From Octopus vulgaris (Eukaryota): DNA of 64,000 bases. Positions 12,482 through 28,097 of this stretch are shown here, in pieces. Below the pieces are notes generated by a model, which was not told the DNA's origin, ran no database searches, and saw only the letters and a program-made list of their open reading frames with translations. The translations under genes and the position numbers were made by a program. The stretch is taken from contig OX597829.1 of assembly GCA_951406725.2 (NCBI GenBank), forward strand, positions 36,208,001 through 36,272,000. The letters run 5' to 3'. Numbering within the stretch: position 1 is the first letter of the stretch; each line of letters starts with the position of its first letter.

Positions 12482-12899
12482 CATGTGTTCTAGTGCAAGT
12501 AATCGTATTGAGCCGGGTCGTTCGTATCAACCATACAAGTACCATACAAGCACAATAAACAGCCTTCACGACCATCGAATAAACATCTTCGCCACCATCA
12601 CCGTTTACACCATCGAACATAATCAACTCTTAATTTTTGTTTTGCCATTTTGTTTTCGTACGGTTTTCTCTTCTTTCTTTCATATTTTCTATCTCAGTCT
12701 CTCTTATCTGAATCTAATCTTTTCTTTCTGTCTCGCTTTGCTGTATTTTTTTTTCCATGCCGTATAATTATCAACAGCAACGTTACCGCTGTCGCAACCA
12801 TCACTACCATTGCTACTCTTTCACTTACTTTGATTCAAGACCACTCTAAACATCAAGGGCAAACACACTCTCTAAAATGATTCTCCAACTTTTCAGCAG

Positions 12900-13740
12900 T
12901 CTCATGTACTCATACCATTTCTTACCATTCTTGCCCATCTTTCAATAAATTCATTGAAAGACTGCAGCTTTCTCATCATCTTCCATTTCAAGTGAACGTC
13001 GATGACGGCCCTAGCAAGGAGTTTTTGTCCTTAGATCTTTCAACCTGTCCCCTGTTTAATCTTTTTCACTCAAGCCACCAGACATAGGAAGACTGTCTTC
13101 CCCGTCCATTTAAATGAGAGCAGCTGGACATACAGAATGATAGAGTCGGTTGATGACCGGATCTATCCCACTTGCAAACCAAACAGCTGTTTGATAGATA
13201 GAACTTCACAAATCAACAATGTCGAGGGATTGAACGTGTTCACACATAACCATTTTCGTCGCTCTTTGTGCATCTCGTACAGGCTCATCTAACGGCAATT
13301 TTTTGCCTGTCTCAAACTGAAGGAGCCCTTCGATAGTACTGGTCGGTGGAGGACTTCTGGAAATTATCCATAATAATCTTTGTTTCGAAATTTCTCCGAA
13401 ACTGACTTGCTATTAAGATTTTTTTCAACGCAGTCTCTCCGAGAATATCATCACTCTTTCCCCATAGTAATCCTCAATAAATTACAACACTCACAGCCCT
13501 CTACCCGAATGGTAGAGAGCTGTGAGTGCCTGATGAGTTTCCAGAAGCCGGGTGTCAAGTCTCGTTCCCTGTTTCACCCCTTCATTGTCAAAGAATTTGT
13601 ATAGGTAGCGCAGCTTCAGTTCGTGTCTGCGCACCAGCAATCACAGACTAGGAAAAAAAGAGTGCACCAGCCATCTTGTCTTTCAATATTACGGGTTGTT
13701 TTGAAGGATTCACCGCTTACAAGTGCAAGCAGAATATTTT
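12900..13740 (-). mobile_element. Decayed Tx1/L1-like LINE ORF2 C-terminal fragment
   Basis: Minus-strand remnant LLVRRHELKLRY resembles the MCRHAMRL segment of the 38.0-39.7 kb copy; many stops and frameshifts. Confidence 0.5.
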
Positions 13741-14403
13741 GAATTAGCTTTGCTATATTTCATGACACTTGTTATTCTGGTGCTTGATGCTGTCAATGTT
13801 GATAATACTGCTAACCCTTACCACTACGGAAGTGGTTAAAATAGCGACGGTGGTAATGGTTGTGGCGGAGCAATGAACTCATGACTCGAAACACCGCTAC
13901 TTCTCTTCATGTTTGTCGTACTACCGAATCCACATCTCAATGGCTAAGTTGGGAAATTTTCATCGAATTTGAATAAACCCTCTTGTCACCTTCTTCGTAT
14001 TTGTTTCTGTTGTAGCTGTTTGAATTATTGTTGTTATCGTTGCAATTGTTGTTGGGGTTATTGTTATAGATGTCGTTTTCGTTCTTGCTCTTGATTTTCC
14101 TTTCTTGTCTATGTAGGCAGACGACAGTGATTTTGCCTTCTCCTTTTGACCTTATGTACTATTGTCATAGAAACAACGTTGCTGCTACATGTTGAGCAGA
14201 CGATCAACGCATACGTTTCGTCAGCCTCCCTGTCTCTATGTCTGTCTCTTTCTCCCTCTCTCTATATATATATGCGTATGTGTGTATGTGTGCGCGAGAG
14301 TGTGTGTGTGTGTTTAGGTGTGTGTGTATATTTGTATATGCATATATACATGTATATATATATATACATACATACATGCATATATATATATATGTACATA
14401 TAA

Positions 14404-14450
<47 letters not shown>

Positions 14451-14755
14451 TCAATTCAACACTCTTTCACTCCGTGGGTGTTATATTTGTCCCCGCTGAA
14501 TATTATCATTTCTCCGAAGAGAGCCATGATTGTTTTCGAGAAAAACTTGACTATTTTGGAAAATAAAATTAGAAATCGATCGAATCTCTGAGTGGTGGGG
14601 ATTGAATAGAATGGAAAACTCAACAAACTGAAACAGCTTCGTCCCGTCCTATAAACCAAACGCTACGCAACAAGCGTAAACAAAAACCGAAAAGTGAAAT
14701 TCGGGAAATTTTACACAGACGACGTAGAGCATGCTTTTCGTTCCAATGTCCGTTC

Positions 14756-14999
<244 letters not shown>

Positions 15000-15135
15000 G
15001 ATAGGAAAGCAGAAAGAAATATAGAGAAAAAAATAAGAAGAATATCAGTTTTCCTAGTAATCACATTAAGTAATAAAATTGTTGTGCATATACACACAAA
15101 CACACACACACAAACACATATGCATATACATACAT

Positions 15136-15246
<111 letters not shown>

Positions 15247-15633
15247 TATGTTTGCATGAGAGTGATTTTATCTTGAGTAGCAGAAAAGAAAGAAACAATT
15301 AATAAAAGATAAGGAAAAAATATGAGATATTTATGCTAATGTTCACAGTAATATACAGTTACATTGTTAGTTATAGCATTATCTCTCTCCTTTCTCTTCC
15401 GCGTCCTCACTTCTCTCTCTCTCTCTCTCTCTCTCTTTTTCTTTCGTTTTATCGCTCTGTGTGTGTCTTTCTCTCCCCACCCCCTTTCTCCTTCTCTCTA
15501 AGTTTCTCAGTTGCTTTTCGGTAGTTTTCCTTTCTGGGTTTTATTTCTCGCTCTTCTCATTTTTCCTCTCCCTATTTCTGCGACTTGTTACATTCTTTTC
15601 TATCTCTCTCTGTGTCTCTATCTCTCTCTGTGT

Positions 15634-15870
<237 letters not shown>

Positions 15871-16069
15871 TCAATCTGTCTATCTCTATTTCAAACGATC
15901 TTATCTGTCTCCCTCTGTTTTTCTCTTTATATCATTATATTAATAGTTCGCTTTTAACTTACATCTTCCGTTTTCTCTTTTTCTGTTTCTATCAAACGAT
16001 GTTTATACCTTGTTTGTTTCGCTTTCAAACCACGTCTTAGTCTTTTTGAATTTTCTACTATAAATGTGT

Positions 16070-16113
<44 letters not shown>

Positions 16114-16747
16114 GTGTGTGTGTGTGTTTGTTTGTTTGTGTGGAACGCATTTCCTCACAATTTCTTTCACATACAATATCCCTGGAGTATCACAATATCG
16201 ACCACAAACTCAGCAGCTTTTCATAAACTTCTCTACCAAAAACTTGAAATGTGTTTTATTACACCGTGGAAACTATTATGCATTTTTTACGAATTGTTCA
16301 CTCAGTTAAAATAAATGAATATGAGAATGCCAAAATTGCCTAGCAGGAACTCTAGTAGTATATTTTCTGTGACCGAAGTATGATAAATTTGTGTGATACT
16401 CTGAATACCCTTGTTTCGTATGCTTACAGTGCAAAAAGCAAAACATTGGAAAAATGTAACATGTCCTTCAAGGCAGGTAATGGTCGTAGTTACAGCGAGC
16501 AACATTAACGAACCATCATTATTCCCCATTCCATATCAAATCAAGACTAATGAAGCAATTTATTAAAACTTTGAACAAAGATGATCATTCCATCAAGTAC
16601 ATTTACAAATTGTTCCTTGACTTGTGCATAGCTAAACTAAAAGCAGGAATATTTATTGGTGCTCATATTTGTTAACTCATTTTAGATTCCGTTTTTCCGA
16701 AACAGGTGAATGAAATTGAAATTTCTGTTTGGTACAATTATCTCTCA

Positions 16748-17012
16748 GTTATTAAAAGTATTTTAGGATAATCAGAAAATTGACAGCTATGAAGGAATAG
16801 TTGAAAAGAAGCACAATAACTTTAAAGATATGGACGCTAATATGAGCATAAAAGTATACTTCCTCCATAGCGACCTGGACCTCTCTTCCACAGAATCTTG
16901 ATCTCAGTGAGAACAAAAGGCAGGGTTTCACCAGGTAGACAGAGGAAAGGTATCAAGACAGGTGGGAAAGACTTATGATGGCAGACTACGGCTGGAACCT
17001 TCAGCATGACTG
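16748..17012 (+). mobile_element. Relic of a Chapaev3-like (CMC) DDE transposase C-terminus
   Basis: Translation across frameshifts gives NMSIKVYFLHSDLDL/PQNLD...FHQ...ERYQDRWERLMMADYGWNL, matching the recalled motif MSLKxHFLHSHLDFFPxNLG...SDExGERFHQ...RYQGxW...MADYCW. Confidence 0.7.
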
Positions 17013-17719
17013 TCATGCAATAAACTAGATTAAGCAAAATCATAGAAACGGCATTGCATTCAGATTGGTTGATATATTTTAATATATCTAATAACCCAAC
17101 CAATGCTATCATAATGACTTGTTCACTATTACTGCATAAGACGTCATCACATGTTTTGTGTTTATACTTTAATGATTTTAGGGGGAGGCATTTTATGTAA
17201 ATATATTTTGATGTTTTATAATGAAATATAAGTATTTATAATTTCAGCATTTAATATTTATATCATAAAAAGGTTAAGCGTGGCGAATTCATACATATAT
17301 GATGCTTTCGATTATGTCAAAAGAGAGTCAATCTTGCAAAACTGATGTCATATTTAACTGCAGCATCACTATTTTTTCAACTTTGGCAAAGAAATTTCTG
17401 CCGAAGAAATATATATACTTATCTAGATATACGTACACACATATACAGATATGTGTATAAGGCCCATAATCCAAAATAGCATATGTATAAATCAAACTAT
17501 CAACACAGAAAAAAATAACAGTAACATGTCTCTACAAATGTTTCAAATACTTAATTGCTTAGTATTAGACAATATGTATTTTAATTGTTTCATTAGGGAT
17601 ATAACATAATTTGTATAATGAATCATTATATACACATACATATATGTGTGTGAGTATCTGTTCGTGTGCGTGTTCGTGGGTGCGTTTAATATTCTATCAC
17701 TGCTTCGTTCTCGTTCCCT

Positions 17720-19040
17720 CTCTTTTTGTGATTCAAAAGATCTGGTGAATACGTCTTTTGGAATTAGACATTAATTTTGTCAATGATGAGCCTGAAACCA
17801 TTACCTCAGATAAGCGTTTCCTTTTCCAGAATGCTTCAATACATCTTTGTCGGTTGTGGATATAGCACACAAATTCAAAGTTGCTTCGTTATTGTGCAAC
17901 AATAACTGGTTCTTGTCTGGTCCTTTAAATCTTACCGCGATCACTTTTGCGCGCTGAGTCACCAGTGTCGTTATGAAATAAGCAAATAAGAACTTGCTTT
18001 TGAAAGCGAGAGCTGTGTGGTAACACCTCACCATCTTCTCCTTGTTACAGCGAGGAGCTCCATATTGAGTAATCTGTTCATTCGCATCATGTAGAAACAA
18101 CGGTTCCACGTGGAAGATTATCCATTACTTACCAACGTCCAAGGTCTCGAGGTGTTATGACTGCTGACGCGGGGTGGGGTGTGCATTGAGACTGACACAT
18201 CTGCAGAAAGCTTGGTGACAACATAGGTATACAGGATCGTTTGCTGTTACTGTGGCACGCAGCTTATCTCTTTAAATGAGATTCAATCCTGAGCCCATTT
18301 CAGGTCAAGATTAGCATCTGGAATGTTGCCAGTCGCTTGCTCCATTCCATTATCTAGGCCATGTAGCCACATTCTACTGAGGGTTATTTGGACAATTTCC
18401 AAAAGCTTTTGTTCTAAAAGATCAGCATGATATGGGGAAGGGTCTCATTGCGTGTTCAGAATAAGCACAACTGGGACTCAACCCCGGAACGTTCCTTTTC
18501 AATTCTGTATGTTTCTGATTTGAAGATCGGCTATCAACTGAAACTATCACTTTACTTGGCAAGAAAGAGCTGGTAGTTTTCTTTGATGTCTATTACGAAG
18601 GAAGTTGTTTGCTGAACGCTTTTGAAAGATTCGTGGACAAAGTTTTCCTTTCAGGCAAATTCCTCATCAACTTCAAGTGTCACTTGTACGCGAAGGGTGA
18701 AAGTAGAGAGTTAGATGCTTTCCTCCAGTAGATTTTTATGAAAAGTAGTAGAGTGTAATAAATGGGCCCGCACTAAATGTGCAGTGATAGGCTAACAGCA
18801 ATACCCGGAAGAAAGCACATGAGATCTTGTGGGGAATGCTCCAAATTACCTCGCCTTTCCTTTTTTTTTTTAGAGGTTCTTTCTTGTTATTTTGTTTATC
18901 TGTAATTGACTTATTTTTATTTCCACATTGATAAATCCTTATTCCATGTAAATCTGTTTCTGTTCCTTGTAAGTTGTTTCCCTGTGTATTTCATCATCGT
19001 ACTGTTACCAATGTCTTCGGCATTTGTAACCACTAAAAGT
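17720..19040 (+). mobile_element. Highly decayed Tx1/L1-like LINE 3' fragment
   Basis: Patchy similarity in the same order to 38560-39750, followed by a T-rich 3' UTR-like tract; judged by eye only. Confidence 0.4.
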
Positions 19041-19713
19041 AATCCTTTGTAAAACATCGGCCAACTAAAATTTTGTGTGTAACGATTAGTTTATCACGTA
19101 GTCTCTTGTATTCGAATAGTATTTTATTTTATCGACCACAGGACAGAAAGCAATGTTAATCTCGGTTGAATTTGAACTCACAGCATAAAACGCCAGGAAA
19201 TATATCGTAATGCATTTTTCGAACGCTTAAAGTTAGCATTTGGAAATATCAACAGAAAGGGACTGGTGATACAGCACACGGCAGAAAATGATAACAAAGA
19301 GACACACGATGGCATCAAAGATAATAACCTGTTTAATGCTGTTAAAGGCCACCAAGAAGAAAGGACATGTCTTTTAAGTATCAATCCCAAAAGACGACCA
19401 CACATCTCTCAAATGCAATAATTATTTTTATATTATAAAGAAGTGAAAAGGAGGATGGCTTGAATGTGACGGCTGGAAGCAGAAATACTCACCATTATTG
19501 TTAATAGATACTTCGGGAATGTTTAAGCAATGCAAAATACGTAACCATTACGCTAGAACTTACAAATGCAAGCAACATACAGCAAATAATACCACCAGGC
19601 ACTAGTAGAATGTAATAGAGTAGTAAATACAAAATCAAAACACTGCACATACCCATGGCACATAAAGTAATGATCGGTGGTACTGCGAAATCACGCAATA
19701 AAATCAAAACGCC

Positions 19714-20510
<797 letters not shown>

Positions 20511-20690
20511 TTTAGAATGTTGCCGTCTAAGTCTGATGCTAATAACAATACACGCCTGAAGCGATCAGAGAATGAGCGATGAAGTAAGAAAGCACGTGAA
20601 GAGGAAACTGTGAAGAACTGATATAAATAAATCAGAAAGTAGAATATAGCGCGAGAGAGCGAGAGCGAGCGAGAGAGAGAGAGATGGAGA

Positions 20691-20740
<50 letters not shown>

Positions 20741-20992
20741 GCGTGAAGGGGAGGGAAGGAGAGAAAGTGAGAATGAATGTTTGAAATGGAGAAAGAGATG
20801 AAAGACAAGTAGATATAGGAATAGTGTAAAGATATGAATTACTGTCATTTGTCTTGTAGCAGTGAAAAATTGTTTCTTCCAGTGGGTATTTTTCATTTTT
20901 CTAGGGCAGTATCTCTGTGAATAGACAGGCAAACTGAACAAGTTAACATACGTCCACCGTTAACACGGAAATCAATACATAAATACGTACAG

Positions 20993-21036
<44 letters not shown>

Positions 21037-21226
21037 ACAAGCACGCATACACTCACATGCACATATATACACGGCCCGAGTGTGTGTGTGTGTGTGTATG
21101 TGTAGGTATCATACATTTATAAGCAAACGCATTACATTTTCTTTTTCTTCACATCTTTTCTATTTTATGAATCTCAATAATATCCAGTACTCATTGCGTA
21201 TTCATCGTTACCACCACGACCATCAC

Positions 21227-21273
<47 letters not shown>

Positions 21274-23244
21274 GTTGTCAGATTTATTCCTGCCTGCTAA
21301 CAATGTCTACGAGCTAACCTCTCCATAGCACCACGGTCTGCATGAATAACACCCAAATCTCCCGCAACTTACATTTGTACCATCTTCAAACCTAGTTCAC
21401 ATTGGATGATAATACTAAGCTTTAAAATATAATGAGACGATTTTGATCATAAAGTTTGTTGAATTAGTCTTGATCTGGAGCTAAACAATAACTTTAACTA
21501 TCAAACCTTCCAACTACATTTCACCACCTCGCATAAAAATCGACAAATCTACCATCACTAACAAACAATATATATTCGTCCAATGATATATAATGCTATT
21601 AGAAATTCATCGAAGCTTAGTAACGAAACATCAAATGTTATTTTAGATGTGGATTTTTCATTCATTTGTTTTTGTCACTCTTGTTATCCCTTACAATGTA
21701 TGTATAAGCACACGCGCACGTGTTTGAATATGCTAGTATGTGTGTTTGGAGTGGAATGTCCTATGGTGGTATTAATTACTGGTGTATCCCATGTTCGTTA
21801 AAAGCTATTATATACCAAAGTTATAGTCACTGTCACAACTAGAGTCACATCGCTTTTCTCTAACAAATAAAAGAAAATAGATCCTCCGTTGTGTTTGACG
21901 GCGATTATTCCTGTGGTTCAGTCAGGGCGACTTAGCCACTCATTAATTTACAATGTAAGCGGCCGATTATTTCAGACACATATGTATTTAATGCAATACT
22001 CAATACTTAATCAGAGTCAGTGTGTCACATTGTGTGAGAAGTGTGGCTCTTTAAATAACAATTACAGCTCACCCGATGGGCCTCCGTAGGTTTTCTGCTT
22101 ACATATTTTCACGCACAAAACGGCTATAGTACGCGTCTCTTAGCCAACGTGTAGTTCTTATGGCGAGGTCTTACTTAAGAGACGTTGTCAATAGTTCAGG
22201 ATACCAAAGCGATCTTCTTAACCGAAATATATAGAATGTTTTTCTTTCTCCTAATTCTACATAGTTCATATTTTCGTGATCTTTTGTAAACTATAAAAAC
22301 AGATCAGCTGTTATTTACACAATATTCTCCACAGAATCATATGGAATAATTCGAATAACATAATTAATAGTAGTACTGTCCCTTCAATGAAGATTTATGC
22401 TTTAAATTTTCTTGAGCCAGAGATCTGTTCTGTCGTTCCTTTTAAATTACATAAGTTGAAAATAGTAAACAATTATAGAAACACAAGACAGTGAGTACAT
22501 AGGTGGAAAATAGTAAGCATTAAATAAGAACAAGATAGTGAATACTATAGAGCGCCGTTAATTTCCTACAAATAAACAATAACATTCAGGTTCGATTCCA
22601 CTTTGAGTGAATTCACTTCAATTATTCTTCCTACTCACAATTCTCAGTTTGAAATCAAAAAGCTGAGGAGCGGTGTTCTTGAAACATAAATGGAGATTGA
22701 ACTGCTATTACAGATAAAAAGAAAGAAAAACTCATATATTGATACTGAAAGCTATATTTGTGTGTCACGTGGATTGATTATGCCTGCGCTTGTTTGATTA
22801 ATTTATACGGTTGAGTACTTGAACGACATTTCTGGAAGTACGCTTCCCCAGTAAAAATAATGCAAAAGTCTCTAAATATTAAATGAGTGAAATTGGACAA
22901 TAAAAAAAATTTATTCAATACACCGGAAAAGCACCGACATAATGCTTAATGTCTTGAACTGAATACATGTAAACAGGCAACTCGATATATGTGATCCGTT
23001 TTCACTTCTTTCTAAAACTATAAATATACATCCACACACGGTGTTAAAGAATTAGGTCAAAATATTCATGATTATCATAGAAGTAAAGTTACTGAATTAA
23101 AATTTTCAATACATCATTTCGCTATCACATAATAGGGTAGGGGGAAATGAATAACGGGGGCTACAAGATACATACATACATACATACATACATACATACA
23201 TACATACATACATACATACATACATACATACATACATACATACA

Positions 23245-23287
<43 letters not shown>

Positions 23288-23857
23288 AGTGCTTCTTAGT
23301 CATATGATATTTATTTTGCGGATATGACGTAGACAACCGAAGATAACGATTTAAAGTAATTTGCGAAATATAATTGTATCGTGTGTATTACTAGTTATAT
23401 TTTCATTGGCTCATTCATTCTCATCAATTTTTTAAAAATTTTGTCTGTCTCTCTAGATTTTCCCTTTGTATAGTCTTTTTCTCTTGCATGACCTTCTCTA
23501 TTCTTACTTTCCTTTTATAACGTCATTTTGTATTTATTCAGGCCAGTTTTAATGATTTTAATGATTTAATTTTCATTTCTTTTGTCTATAGTGCGAGATC
23601 GTAGATCAAATATGCTTCCCCGACATTTTTATGGAAATCTTTATTTCTTATTTTAAATATGCAAGTAGTATTGTCTAAACTAATGATGAGATACATACAA
23701 GCTTATATCTTCGATTTGTTTCTCTCAATTAGTTAATTGCAGTCGTAGCAATTTAGTTATTTGTTAATGATGATTATAACTTAATTTCATATCCGAAATT
23801 GCAGACAAATTTACTATAGTAGTATGTACTCATACACTCATACACACACACACACAC

Positions 23858-23967
<110 letters not shown>

Positions 23968-24618
23968 TATTATATATATATATATAAACAATCACAAAGA
24001 GAGAGAAAGAATATTGTTCTATTACTATACTGCATCTGCTATTGCGAATTTATATGTATTCTTACTTTGATATATACATACATCACTAAGAAAGATGTCA
24101 GGTTCCGTATAAAAGAATTTTGGGGTTACAAAGCAAATTTATTTCAAAAGCGGTTCGTTATAGTTGAGGTCTGTCTGGCTTAGATAGTAACACAATCACG
24201 CATGCCAAGACTATTATTTCATTTCATTATTTCATTACATTAAAATCGACATCCAGGAGAAAAATTTTACTACAATTCAGTTTACATAATGTTATGAAAT
24301 AATATTGTGGTTATAAGGCTTTAAATATAATTTAAGAAAACAACAGAGATACAATATCTAAAACTGTCTGTCGAATTTTTTTTTTTATGATTTACTGTAT
24401 AGAGAGAGTACTTTAAGCAAGTTTAAGAACTATACGTAGCTCTAAATACGCCGAAGCTGAGGAGACTCAGTTGCTGAGACACAAGTATCTTTCTGCTTGT
24501 TGAAGCTGCATAACTTTTCTAAAAATGAATATGTCAAATAATTTTAGAGCAATACTAGAATTAATTTCTTAGTCCTATGATGTGTAATATAATATTTCCC
24601 GGAAAATATCTGTATGGT

Positions 24619-24662
<44 letters not shown>

Positions 24663-25442
24663 TTTATAGGATTTAGCCATTGTTTGAGGCCATACCGGGA
24701 CACTGCTCTTAACATATATATATAAAGACACACAGACATATATTAACACAAGAGCACAAACACATGTTGACCTTGGGTCACGTACATAGCTTATTTCAAC
24801 TAAATCCGTTTTCTCACGATTTCAGTTTCAAACCACTGCTAAGCTTGAAACTCGAACTCGAGTAAAAGAATTCAGTTTAAAAGCCAATATGCCTTAGACT
24901 TTGTTTTGAATGCACTCTTCTGATTTCATTCACAAAATTTCATATGCATATGTATGTGGGTATATGAATATATATGCGCACACGCGTGTGTATTATGTGT
25001 ATAAGTACGTACGCATACACACACATATACATACATAAACATCCACACACATATACATACATACACGCAGACATATACAGAATCATTATAGCTTATGTTG
25101 CGAAGTTTAATCTGTAACACTATATACTTAGACGCCATAAAGCAGTGGGTGGCAGGATCGGAATGACATCATAAAAATATACAGCCTAGTTATTTTCTTA
25201 TTTCTAAAATCAGTGAGACCGATTGTGATTTACATTACACCGAGTTTGGTAAAACAGCTACCAGTCAGTCAAGTATGGAGGTAGCCATTACTGTCTATAC
25301 GTTTAAATGGCGCACATCATTATTGCAGCTGTCTGATGGCTGAAACAGAAGAAATGGAAATATATACAATGTCGCGTAGTTGAGATGTATATATACATCT
25401 TTCTATTTACTTTTCTCTCTCTCACTTTCTCTATGTGTGTGC

Positions 25443-25543
<101 letters not shown>

Positions 25544-25559
25544 CGTATGCATATATATA

Positions 25560-25948
25560 GTTCGAAAGATAAGTTATATTACAACCCTTCTAGTAATAAT
25601 ACGAATGCTAACGATAAACCTAAGAATAGGCTTAAGAAAATAATTCAGTTCGTCCCCGCTTTTCCCTAAATGTTAAAATTAACGTAGGTAAAAGATTCCT
25701 ATCTCTTATAGACAAGCACTTGCCAGAAAATCATAAATACAGAAAAATCTTTAACAGACATTCAATCAAATTATAATATAGCTGCTGCCTCAATGTGAAG
25801 AGCACCATTACCTGCAAACACCACCAAGAGTCCACTCCCAGATGTAACTGTCGAGACCCTGGAACTTGTCCATTCGACCAGAGGTGCATGAAAAACTCTG
25901 GCAGAAGTTACAATAACGCTGCATGATAATATAACCAAAAAGAAGAAT
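25560..25948 (+). mobile_element. Inverted partial copy (389 bp) of the neighbouring Penelope-like element
   Basis: Reverse complement of 26577-26965 with about 13 substitutions by eye. Encodes [33 protein letters not shown]...CNCRDPGTCPFDQRC. Confidence 0.92.
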
Positions 25949-26159
25949 AGTGTATAGTTATGAGCTATTACATGTTTCATATTTGGAAAATATTAAGTAG
26001 GCAGTGTCTCCGGGACAATAGAACAGGAGATATCACGAGAAAGAAAAGTGTACGAGATTAAGATGCGCTCAAAAAGTGGAATGGTGAATACACAAACAAC
26101 AACAAAAAAAAAACGGAAAAAAAAGCAAAAAAAAAAACATTAGAGTTATGTTCCCTTTG

Positions 26160-27238
26160 AGCCTAATGTCGTATAGCTAGATGATATAGAATCAACGGAA
26201 GGGGTTTAAAGTCTGCGATACAGCTACTCAATCTGTAGATGGTGATGTTCTCCATCCAATTCGCCAAAAAAATATTGTCTATTGGTTTGCTTGTGTTGAG
26301 AATTTCTGATCCGGAATTCTGCAGTGCGGTTGAACTTTTAGATATAAAAAGGATGTGCAATCTTTCGGGTACGCATAACTTGCATGTTTTTTATCCATTC
26401 ATATTTGGCATGGATTTTTTTACGATTTTCCCTTGATTGTAGTAAGTGTGGAAATGGTTCTCAAACCCCATACGTGGCTAGCCAATTTAGTGGCTTTAAT
26501 TTTGTCCATGTACTGGAAAGAAGATTAGGTGGTTAGCATAGCGACTTTTGAAGTCATCTTCGCATAACCCGATGTAATTCTTCCTTTTGGTTATACTATC
26601 ATGCAGCGTTATTGTAACTTCTGCCAGAGTTTTTCATGCACCTCTGGTCGAATGGACAAGTTCCAGGGTCTCGACAGTTACATCTGGGAGTGGACTCTTG
26701 GTGGTGTTTGCAGGTAATGATGCTCTTCACATTGAGGCAGCAGCTATATTATAATTTGATTGAATGTCTGTTAAAGATTTTTCTGTATTTATGATTTTCT
26801 GGCAAGTGCTTGTCTAAAAGAGACAGGAATCTTTTACCTATGTTATTTCTAACATTTAGGGAAAAGCGGGAGCGAACTGAATTATTTTCTTAAGCCTATT
26901 CTTAGGTTAATTGTTATCATTCGTATTATTACTAGAAGGGTTGTAATATAACTTATCTTTCGAACCACTATTATCTGGGGCATTGTTGTGGCAGGAGACA
27001 GACTTAACAAAAAATGCTTTAGAAGAAGTGAGGTATCAATTAGGTTTTAGGTTTTTAAACAGTGTGGGCAGGTGGCATGGTTGTTTGTATATGTGGAAAA
27101 GATTTTCGTTAAGCTTATTGCACGGTTTTCAAGAATGAGAGTTTAGATCTAGGGAAACATAAAAATGGGACCTCTGACAAATTAGAAACAACCGTGATTT
27201 TGAGACCTAAATGATTAAAGGTAGCAATGAATTTTTTA
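26160..27238 (-). mobile_element. Decayed 5'-truncated Penelope-like element (RT C-terminus, Cys linker, GIY-YIG endonuclease; Nematis-like)
   Basis: Minus-strand remnants [90 protein letters not shown]...NSGSEIL. Confidence 0.88.
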
Positions 27239-27257
27239 TATATGTATATATATATAA

Positions 27258-27339
<82 letters not shown>

Positions 27340-27434
27340 AAAAACGGTAAGATAGCAAAAGAAAGAAAGAGACCTCAATATTATGTAAATAGAGGAAATT
27401 TATCTGTAAAATAATATGTGAAAATTATTCATTA

Positions 27435-27504
27435 GCCAAGATAAAACTCTGAGTTTCGGATGCCGAGGTGGAAATCCACAACGCCATCTCTTCGGTTATC
27501 TGGC
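27435..27504 (-). ncRNA. Minimal type I hammerhead-like motif (U4C variant core)
   Basis: Minus strand GCCAGAUAA-CCGAAGA-GAUGgCGuuGUGGAuuUCCACcuCGgCAUCc-GAAA-CUCAGAGU-U-UUAUCUUGGC. 9-bp stem I with one bulge, extended stem II, self-complementary stem III ACUC-A-GAGU. Confidence 0.65.
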
Positions 27505-27530
27505 CATATATATATATATATACATATATA

Positions 27531-27872
<342 letters not shown>

Positions 27873-27993
27873 AATGTGGATGCCATTACGCTAAAGAGAG
27901 ATCCGCATGAGTCTCAACCACTAAGAATTGTTCTCAAGAAAAATTTAGCATACTATGATTTTAATTTTATATATGTATGTATGTATGTATATA

Positions 27994-28058
<65 letters not shown>

Positions 28059-28063
28059 GTATG

Positions 28064-28097
<34 letters not shown>

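Noticed and set aside
23334-23378. CCGAAGA...GAAA spacing suggestive of another hammerhead (similar half-motif at 34323)
   Set aside because: Stem II does not pair and the register at the cleavage site is off; compatible with chance in AT-rich DNA
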